This document shows, one piece after another, positions 56,897 to 64,000 of a DNA stretch of 64,000 bases. The stretch is from Lachnospiraceae bacterium (lineage in GTDB: Bacteria > Bacillota > Clostridia > Lachnospirales > Lachnospiraceae): assembly GCA_017634455.1 (NCBI GenBank), contig JAGBNK010000017.1:59625-123624 (forward strand), in the 5' to 3' direction. Position numbers and translations under genes: made by a program. The notes below the pieces were generated by a model. The model was not told the origin of the DNA and ran no database searches. It worked only from the letters and a program-made list of their open reading frames with translations. How positions within the stretch are numbered: position 1 is the stretch's first letter; each line of letters opens with the position of its first letter.

Positions 56897-58696
56897 TTAT
56901 TTCACAAGGGAATCCATATATTTATCAAATACTTCAAAGGTCTTGGTATATTTATTATCTATCATCTTGATGTCATCTGCGAATTCTAATATCTGTGTTG
57001 GGTCATCATTATATCTCTCCCACTTTGGAAGTCCCGATGCATTTGGATTTCCTGTCTTAGCAAAATTAGTCCAGTATGCCACCATAGTATCAGATACATA
57101 TTCATCCACATCATCATAATTACCTGATGATAAATCCAGGTTACCATAAGCATATGGAATTTCTCCAGAATGCCATACCCCAATTCCGCCATTGTCCTTA
57201 TTAAAATAGTATAGATATACATCACGATTCTCAGCCGCCATATAATCCGACCAGGTATGATGACTATAGTCAAACCAAGCCACACCATAGAGTTCGTACA
57301 AGTTGGCCTTGGCTTCGTCATCTGTATCCGCCGGATACATCTCGGCAAGTTCCTTGTTATAATCGCCAACCATTTCCTTCAAATCCTCCACATATGTATC
57401 TGCGGTCGAATTATTATCAAACATCATAAATACATATGCTTCATCTGCATTATAACCGTTAAGCAATGCCTGCTCATTGTTGGCACCCTTCTCGTAAGTA
57501 AGATATGGCTGTTCTGTAATTGCATATCCATCAACCGTCATAGAACCATTGTTGGTCTTGGTCTGTAACAGTTTCTCAGCTGGAACCTCTCTCATCTGGG
57601 CCATATTTTCGCAGCCCATCTCCTCCATTACTTCCTTGCCTGTAGAGATTGCCTTGTCATATGTTCTAAAAGTATGATATGGCACCTTTGGTGTAATTCC
57701 ACTACTCTCTGCAATTACATTCTTGAACAATCCCTTGGCAAGAGGAGATACACAAAGTGCATTTACCGAAGAAGAACCTGCAGATTCGCCTGCTATTGTA
57801 ATATTTGACACATCACCTCCAAAGTTGGATACATTTTCATTTACCCACTTTAATGCTTCAATCTGATCCAACAGACCATAGTTGCCTGTAGTATGATTTG
57901 GAGATTCTGCGGCCAATTCATCTGTAGCAAGATATCCAAACACGCCCAATCTATATCCGACTGTTATAAATATAACTCCATTTTCCGCGAAAGTCTCACC
58001 ATTGTAATCCTGATAATAAGGCTGACCTGTAGTAAGTGAACCGCCGTGATAATATACAATTACCGGCAAATTATCACCTGGCTTTACTCCAGCTGGAGTC
58101 CACACATTCAGATAAAGTGAATCCTCGCTTGCAGCCTCATTATAATTGTCCTCAAAAGTGAACTTATAATTGTGATATCCAATAATCTGAGACCCCACAC
58201 TATAAATAGGAGAATTCGGACTCTGCATAGACATTGGTGCAAATGTATCACATACTTTTACACCATCCCATTTGTCAGCAGGCTGTGGTTCCTTCCATCG
58301 CAAATCGCCAACAGGTGGTTTTGCATATGGAATTCCAGCGTAAACTGCCACTGACTTATCCTCATTATATACACCAGTTAATTGTCCCTGCTGAACTGAA
58401 ATCACATCGGTAACTTCAGGTTCCTTGTTGGTAACTGCAGGAATCTGAACTGTAGGAGGCCAAAACAGTTTGGCATTGGCAAATAATAATGCCGCCAGAC
58501 AAACCCAGCTTAGAAATTTCAAATACCATTTCTTATCTCTAAGCTTAAACTGATGAAGCAGGAAATAACAAATCAAAATACCTGCTGCCACTATCCATCC
58601 TCCTATAGTGATTTTGTATATTTCTATAAGAAGGAAGTATATCAGGGTAAATAATACAAATCCAATTACAAATCCTATGCTTCTCTTTTTCTTCAT
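56897..58696 (-). CDS. Type-B carboxylesterase/lipase with an N-terminal membrane anchor
   Basis: GESAGS nucleophile elbow, an HGG oxyanion region (YYHGGSL) and three N-terminal hydrophobic helices. Confidence 0.87.
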   Translation of the reverse strand: MKKKRSIGFVIGFVLFTLIYFLLIEIYKITIGGWIVAAGILICYFLLHQFKLRDKKWYLKFLSWVCLAALLFANAKLFWPPTVQIPAVTNKEPEVTDVISVQQGQLTGVYNEDKSVAVYAGIPYAKPPVGDLRWKEPQPADKWDGVKVCDTFAPMSMQSPNSPIYSVGSQIIGYHNYKFTFEDNYNEAASEDSLYLNVWTPAGVKPGDNLPVIVYYHGGSLTTGQPYYQDYNGETFAENGVIFITVGYRLGVFGYLATDELAAESPNHTTGNYGLLDQIEALKWVNENVSNFGGDVSNITIAGESAGSSSVNALCVSPLAKGLFKNVIAESSGITPKVPYHTFRTYDKAISTGKEVMEEMGCENMAQMREVPAEKLLQTKTNNGSMTVDGYAITEQPYLTYEKGANNEQALLNGYNADEAYVFMMFDNNSTADTYVEDLKEMVGDYNKELAEMYPADTDDEAKANLYELYGVAWFDYSHHTWSDYMAAENRDVYLYYFNKDNGGIGVWHSGEIPYAYGNLDLSSGNYDDVDEYVSDTMVAYWTNFAKTGNPNASGLPKWERYNDDPTQILEFADDIKMIDNKYTKTFEVFDKYMDSLVK

Positions 58697-58759
58697 GTTC
58701 AGCCCTCCTTGTACATATCCAGAATTCTTTCTATTACAATATATAAATTAATATTCCAT

Positions 58760-59602
58760 TTAAAAATCTGTTGGTTTACGAAAATCTAATATCAGCTTCT
58801 CTTTCTGCTTATGACTCAATTGTTTCAACAAAACTTCTCTACTCTGAGCCTGTCTCTTCTCATTAAACTCTTCATAATATACCAGTTCAACTGGTCTTCT
58901 GTACTTAGTATACTTGGCTCCGGTTCCATTATTATGAGCCCGCAGCCGCTTCTTCAAATCAGGCGTATAACCCACATAGAGACTATCATCATTGCATCTC
59001 ACCATATAAGTGTAATAAGTCTTCTCTTCTCCCGGTGCAGTTGCATCCAGCCTTGCCAATATAGGGCCACCATTTTCCTTCAGCCATTTTCTTCTCTCCC
59101 TATAGTCAGGAAGAATTTGCTCCACATGTTTCCAAAATACAGCGGAATGATTCATTTCCAATCTATGACACAACTCATGGACTATTACATAATCTATAAT
59201 CTCATCATTGGTCAGCATAAGCATACAGTTAAAATTCAAATTTCCCTTGGAAGAGCAGCTTCCCCATCTGCCTCTCTGAAATCTATAGGATACCCTCCCA
59301 TATGTCACTCCAATTTCCTGAGCGTATCTATCAATTCTATCTGGCATTATAGACTTAGCCTGTTTGGCTAGAGCCTTCTTCTCAGACTCTGATATTGGTT
59401 CAATAGTCCCAACCTCGGCTCTACGCTTCAGTATCTGTTCACGATGAGTTTCAATCCAATTTTGCTTCTCGGCAATAAATGAATCTATAAATCTCTTGCT
59501 CATCAACCTTGGTGCTCTAACTACCACGGTGCCATCAGGCTTAATCTCTATTGCAACGGTTTTTCGTTTACTTCTAACAAGCTCATACTCTATATCTGTC
59601 AT
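58760..59602 (-). CDS. YgjP-like (DUF45/M48-type) metallopeptidase fused to a GIY-YIG nuclease domain
   Basis: HELCH zinc motif around residue 143. The C-terminal YYTYMVRCNDDSLYVGYTPDLKKRLRAHN...PVELVYYEEF is a GIY-YIG (UPF0213-type) module. Confidence 0.75.
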   Translation of the reverse strand: MTDIEYELVRSKRKTVAIEIKPDGTVVVRAPRLMSKRFIDSFIAEKQNWIETHREQILKRRAEVGTIEPISESEKKALAKQAKSIMPDRIDRYAQEIGVTYGRVSYRFQRGRWGSCSSKGNLNFNCMLMLTNDEIIDYVIVHELCHRLEMNHSAVFWKHVEQILPDYRERRKWLKENGGPILARLDATAPGEEKTYYTYMVRCNDDSLYVGYTPDLKKRLRAHNNGTGAKYTKYRRPVELVYYEEFNEKRQAQSREVLLKQLSHKQKEKLILDFRKPTDF

Positions 59603-59619
59603 ATTAATTCACATCTCTT

Positions 59620-61299
59620 TTATCGGCTCTTCTTAGTAATGATTATGCCTCTTACAAATCCAAAGACATAATATATAATATTCTTTATTACAAAGAATCC
59701 TCCCCACAAAACAACTATCCCTTTTAATATCTCATCTATCGGATTAATCCCAATGAAAATATTCCAATTAGTAAAGCACACTCCGCAGGCACCAATCAGA
59801 GACACTGTCTCTATCATCATTCTGATGAAAGGTCTGATTCTGGTTCGATAATTTCTACCATTTACACGCCAGTCACCATAACCGCATAACACCGCCAAGG
59901 CGAAAAATGCCGGATATCCCCAACTGAAATGTGCCGACTCTCCAATAAAAATCAACCACAGGATCATAAATATCAGCTGAATTAGTTCCAAAGTATAATC
60001 CTTGTGCCCATCAATACCTGGTATCTTGTATGCAGCAACAACCCTGCAGTCCCTCTTAGTTATCCAATTAATTAGCTTCTGGACTCCAATCATTCCAAGG
60101 AGTATATATACAGGAGCATAGTGATATAAATATCTGGCTCCCGCTTCAAACACTGTCAGGTAAATAAAATACATCAGGCAGCATAACTCCAGCATAACCT
60201 CTCCGGCGCCTCTATAATATGGATTTCCCATAAATAATGCCAATAAACTTAAGAGCATCACCGCAATCCACAATGCGGTTCTAACGTTTTTCCACTTCAT
60301 AATACTATGACCGCGCCAGAAAACCGCTCCAAAGAAACCATCTCCATAGGATTCCCTGGTTTTACTTGCAACCAGCTTCATATATCCCACTGGCCCCAGT
60401 TCCTTCAGGCGTTTCCCTATCATTGCAATATTTGCAGTTTCCTTTTCCTCTTTGGTGAAATAACTATTAGTATATTCATCATCTGCCACATTGTATTTGC
60501 CATTAGATTCTACATTTAATCCCATCATGGCATAATGCGTCCATGTTTTCTCATATCTCTCATTATAATGATAATCAAACTGGTCTAAAATGGCGCTCTT
60601 GAAACAGAGATAAACTACCATAGCCAGAAGTACAGCCAACATACATTTCGACATTTCTTCCCAAGAGATTCTCTTGCATATCCATCCTGCCAATTCCAAC
60701 ATGCATATGGACACCGCCATAAATATATTGGTTGGTTTAATAAGTATGCCAATGGCCACCACAACCATGATTCCAAAGAATTCTCCAAATCCAAATATCT
60801 TGTGACTTCTGATTCGATTGAACATCCACGCAGCCAAAATAGGAAAAACCACTGAATATACATCTGTATAAGGCACTGTAGCCCCCGGATGCATACAAAC
60901 CAAAAAAGCTGTCAGCAAAAATCCCATCACTGAAACCACCGGAGAAGCTCCCGTTCTATCAAGAAAGATTCCAACTATTACAGCTGCTACAACTGTAAGC
61001 ATCATTCCAAAGAGACGCATTATAGTCAATCCGTTTAGCCCTGTCATTCTGCCTAATCTAACAAAGAGAGATGCAACATAGACTATTCCTAAATTATTTG
61101 GATTGTGCATCAGATATATCTTCTGCCAATCCTGCATATGATTATATACATGATCAACCGCCATCTCCGTAACATATTGCGCGTCGTAAGCATAATTATT
61201 TTCATTCGTCAAGAAAATAACAATCTGAAAAATGTATGTTAATACAGCCAGTACCAATATTATATACGCTGGCCGTATCTTAAGTTTTGTTCTATTCAC
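59620..61299 (-). CDS. Polytopic membrane protein, GT-C (family 39/83-like) glycosyltransferase candidate with an extra C-terminal TM bundle
   Basis: 559 aa with more than 12 hydrophobic segments and an extracytoplasmic loop (DDEYTNSYFTKEEKETANIAMIGKRLKELGPVGY). Paralogous to the partial ORF at 63359-64000. Confidence 0.5.
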   Translation of the reverse strand: MNRTKLKIRPAYIILVLAVLTYIFQIVIFLTNENNYAYDAQYVTEMAVDHVYNHMQDWQKIYLMHNPNNLGIVYVASLFVRLGRMTGLNGLTIMRLFGMMLTVVAAVIVGIFLDRTGASPVVSVMGFLLTAFLVCMHPGATVPYTDVYSVVFPILAAWMFNRIRSHKIFGFGEFFGIMVVVAIGILIKPTNIFMAVSICMLELAGWICKRISWEEMSKCMLAVLLAMVVYLCFKSAILDQFDYHYNERYEKTWTHYAMMGLNVESNGKYNVADDEYTNSYFTKEEKETANIAMIGKRLKELGPVGYMKLVASKTRESYGDGFFGAVFWRGHSIMKWKNVRTALWIAVMLLSLLALFMGNPYYRGAGEVMLELCCLMYFIYLTVFEAGARYLYHYAPVYILLGMIGVQKLINWITKRDCRVVAAYKIPGIDGHKDYTLELIQLIFMILWLIFIGESAHFSWGYPAFFALAVLCGYGDWRVNGRNYRTRIRPFIRMMIETVSLIGACGVCFTNWNIFIGINPIDEILKGIVVLWGGFFVIKNIIYYVFGFVRGIIITKKSR

Positions 61300-61341
61300 T
61301 TTAAATCAAACCTCTATGCTAATTATTTATTCCCCGAATGA

Positions 61342-62334
61342 TTAATCTAATGTGCCAATGGCTTTACGCAGTATTTTATATAACCCCTCAATTATATAAA
61401 TAGCCGCCAATGTAACAACCAGCACAATAATCATTTTAATAAACGGATTCAATCCATATATTCTTGGGAAGAATCCTATGATATATATAATAAATTGATG
61501 TAACAAATACAATTCAAAGGCCTTGTCCCCCACAAATTTTAGAATCCTTCGAATAATACCATTGCTCTCGCGAACATTTATATAATAATACAATACATTA
61601 CAAAGTCCAACAATCGTTATAAACACAGAAATTTTTACCATGGATGTAGCCAAATCATTTCTGCCAAAATCCATCCACCAGTGGCTCTCAATAAATTGCA
61701 ATACCAATCCAACAACTGCAATTAATGCCCCCAAAAGTACCTGCGATTTTCTCTTCTTACATTCCGGCAAATTGTCGCCTTGAGAATCTTCCAGGAATCT
61801 CCATCTCATACCTATGGCGAAATAAGTAATCCATACAAAGAAATTATTAATATTATTTGGGAAAACAATCCATGCCCCTCTTCTTATAAGTATCTCCTCC
61901 GCAAGCATGGCAAGCGGTGTTATAAAAAGTAAAATGAAATACCATTTGCTCTCTACAATTTTAGCAATTAGTGGAGTGAGCAAAATCAATTGTACAAACA
62001 CAAATATATAGTAGTAGGTCAGATTACACTGTCCAAGAATCAGACGCATAATCAGATTGTCCCATGAGTGACTAATTGCGCAATATAAAATCGAACATAT
62101 AAAGTAAGGCACTAAAACCTTTACCAATCGTCTCTTATAAAACGCTGGCAAATTAGGAATATTCGCTCTTGTCAAATATCCTGAGATAAATATAAAAACT
62201 CCAACGCAAGGTGCAATAAATGGAAATACCACATAATCATAGGGCCAAAAGGTTGTAGTATGAATCAGTATCACCGCCATGGTGGCAAGTCCCTTTATTA
62301 TCTGTATATTATTTCTCTTATAATCAGTCCACAT
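61342..62334 (-). CDS. Acyltransferase-3 family membrane O-acyltransferase
   Basis: About 10 TM helices. The N-terminal IIKGLATMAVILIHT is typical of the AT3 family. Confidence 0.75.
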   Translation of the reverse strand: MWTDYKRNNIQIIKGLATMAVILIHTTTFWPYDYVVFPFIAPCVGVFIFISGYLTRANIPNLPAFYKRRLVKVLVPYFICSILYCAISHSWDNLIMRLILGQCNLTYYYIFVFVQLILLTPLIAKIVESKWYFILLFITPLAMLAEEILIRRGAWIVFPNNINNFFVWITYFAIGMRWRFLEDSQGDNLPECKKRKSQVLLGALIAVVGLVLQFIESHWWMDFGRNDLATSMVKISVFITIVGLCNVLYYYINVRESNGIIRRILKFVGDKAFELYLLHQFIIYIIGFFPRIYGLNPFIKMIIVLVVTLAAIYIIEGLYKILRKAIGTLD

Positions 62335-62369
62335 TGTAATATCTCTTTTCTTCTTTATTATTTCATATT

Positions 62370-63359
62370 CTATATCGCATTCTTGCGTATTAAATTGTCT
62401 CGCAATTTTTTAAAACCATATGCACATAGCATAGCAGCTACAACAATAATTATCTGTAACACAAACATACATGTGTACCCTAAGGAAATAGTCATATCTT
62501 TCCAAGGCATAAACTGTCGACATATATTTTGCACAGCAACAATTAATATAGTATTTTCGCCAAATACAACAAGCACTCTTTGGCAATACTTCCACTTATT
62601 TAAATAATTGCACAGGCATATCACAGACAAACTTCCGGCAATCGCCACCAATATACAGGCAGGGTATCCCTCATAAATATTTAATGCCAGCACCAATTTA
62701 GTAAAAGGCACCCCCACCGCCCAAATAGTTATTAATGCTACAAACTTCCTAAAATCTACCGCTTTCCCGTCATCCAGCAATCCCACTTTACGAATTCCCA
62801 TCTCATGACCAACAGCCACAAAGCATACGCATATAAGTGCCGTATCAAATTTATACCAGACCTCCTGATAAATACAACTTATAATGTAACCACTAATATT
62901 TAACAAAATAATTATCAGCCAACGCAATACTATGCGTTGAGAAAGCAATCGATATATACAGGCATAAATTATTTCCGACTCAAACAAAACCACAAAGAAC
63001 CATAGAAACCACACATCCCGGCAGGTTACAAGTCCCCTCAGCCTGTTAAATGATACAAACGCAGCATCTGCCAGGGAATAATCATAAAACAATAACAATC
63101 TGACTAAACCTATAAATATTGTAAATATTCCCAGGGAAACATACACCCCCAACAGAGACCTGACTTTTTTCTTAACCAATATCTTCATGTTATCCGTCTT
63201 TAAAAAGAAACCTGCCATAACAAAAAACACAGGCATATGAAAAGATGTAATGATCCGGCCTCTCATTAATACATGATCTAAAATCATGAGTATGATTGCC
63301 AGGCCTTTGACCATATCTACTATGTTGTTTCTCTGCTTTGTTTCTTTATTCACCACCAT
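62370..63359 (-). CDS. Acyltransferase-3 family membrane O-acyltransferase (paralogue)
   Basis: MVKGLAIILMILDHV AT3 motif. The start at 63359 forms a TAATG overlap with the upstream stop; the track ORF begins at 63395. Confidence 0.75.
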   Translation of the reverse strand: MVVNKETKQRNNIVDMVKGLAIILMILDHVLMRGRIITSFHMPVFFVMAGFFLKTDNMKILVKKKVRSLLGVYVSLGIFTIFIGLVRLLLFYDYSLADAAFVSFNRLRGLVTCRDVWFLWFFVVLFESEIIYACIYRLLSQRIVLRWLIIILLNISGYIISCIYQEVWYKFDTALICVCFVAVGHEMGIRKVGLLDDGKAVDFRKFVALITIWAVGVPFTKLVLALNIYEGYPACILVAIAGSLSVICLCNYLNKWKYCQRVLVVFGENTILIVAVQNICRQFMPWKDMTISLGYTCMFVLQIIIVVAAMLCAYGFKKLRDNLIRKNAI

Positions 63360-64000
63360 TATTTCTTCGCGTAATCTACAATCTCTTTCTTGCATAATTT
63401 AGATACTATTTTATATATTCCTAAAAATCCTATCAAAATATAACAAGGGGCAAACATGTATAAATATCTGGCTCCTGTCTCAAATATTAATAAATACAGC
63501 CATACCATTGCCCCCATAAAGACCATTGCCATTTCTCCCCAGGAATACACTCTCTTTTTAAAAGCTCCAACTACCACAACTGCAATTGTATTAGCAAATG
63601 AACTTATCAAAAGAATTATCCAAATTACATTTCTAAGCTCTTTTAACACAATTTGATTGCTGTCCTTTGACCATATCCCCCATGCAAAACTGCCATCTGA
63701 ATAGGTATTTATAGTCTTTTGACCGGCAAAGGACACATATCCTGCCACGCCCATTTTCTCTAATCGCTCCTGTATTATTTTTTTATTTGCAGCAATTTTA
63801 TCTTCCTTGCTGGTAAAACTATTTGTATAATCATCATCCACTCTATAGTATCTACCATACTTTTTCTCATTAAGCCCCATCATTACATAATGCGTCCAAG
63901 GTTTTAGATAAGCCTCATCAGTTTTATAATTCACCCCAATTTTCTCTATCTTTAAGCCGACTATACATAAAACCAAAACACCTGCAATAACAGCAACTAT
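63359..64000 (-). CDS. C-terminal part of a second GT-C-like polytopic membrane protein; the ORF enters from beyond the right edge
   Basis: The frame stays open to position 64000. The loop VDDDYTNSFTSKEDKIAANKKIIQERLEKMGVAGY aligns with 59620-61299. Confidence 0.5.
   Translation of the reverse strand: MVAVIAGVLVLCIVGLKIEKIGVNYKTDEAYLKPWTHYVMMGLNEKKYGRYYRVDDDYTNSFTSKEDKIAANKKIIQERLEKMGVAGYVSFAGQKTINTYSDGSFAWGIWSKDSNQIVLKELRNVIWIILLISSFANTIAVVVVGAFKKRVYSWGEMAMVFMGAMVWLYLLIFETGARYLYMFAPCYILIGFLGIYKIVSKLCKKEIVDYAKK

Noticed and set aside
1-64000. CRISPR arrays, tRNA/rRNA genes, IS elements
   Set aside because: I saw no regularly spaced direct repeats, no cloverleaf-like or rRNA-like conserved segments, and no transposase-like ORFs on either strand.

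Overview
This looks like a chromosomal segment from a low-GC Gram-positive anaerobe. Gene content, AGGAGG ribosome-binding sites, a CIRCE operator and strong gene co-orientation suggest Clostridia or a Lachnospiraceae-like organism, but taxonomy cannot be verified from the sequence alone. About 60 genes are present and roughly 90% lie on the minus strand. I saw no rRNA, tRNA, CRISPR array, transposase or integrase.

Most of the window is ordinary housekeeping or metabolism:
- a Zn/Cd efflux operon (ArsR/SmtB repressor, stand-alone HMA protein, P1B-ATPase)
- a glutathione peroxidase / OhrR-like operon
- two Fe-S aldo/keto reductases
- proC, a frameshifted rarA, and a PilZ protein
- clpB behind a perfect CIRCE
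- a [FeFe]-hydrogenase, ddh, cbiMNQO and pckA
- a complete maltodextrin/glycogen operon (SBP, two permeases, malQ, LacI-type regulator, glgP)
- a MATE pump
- at the right end, an AT-rich envelope-modification block with duplicated GT-C-like and acyltransferase-3 genes

The stand-out is an AT-richer island of about 10.4 kb (about 41.9-52.4 kb), lying between two rho-independent terminators. It encodes:
- a BlaI/BlaR1-like repressor and M56-protease pair
- a C39-peptidase ABC exporter and a HlyD-type accessory protein
- a GyrI-like protein
- two unusually large precursors (134 and 129 aa), each with a good double-glycine leader
- six orphan envelope proteins: two with 2 TM helices plus a soluble domain, a Big_2 protein, a lipoprotein, a membrane-anchored protein and a small signal-anchored protein

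I read this as a candidate non-canonical secretion locus, either bacteriocin-like or exporting a protein-sized cargo. Its regulation appears to be regulated proteolysis rather than the usual peptide-pheromone two-component circuit.

All calls rest on motif recognition by eye. No database search was possible.
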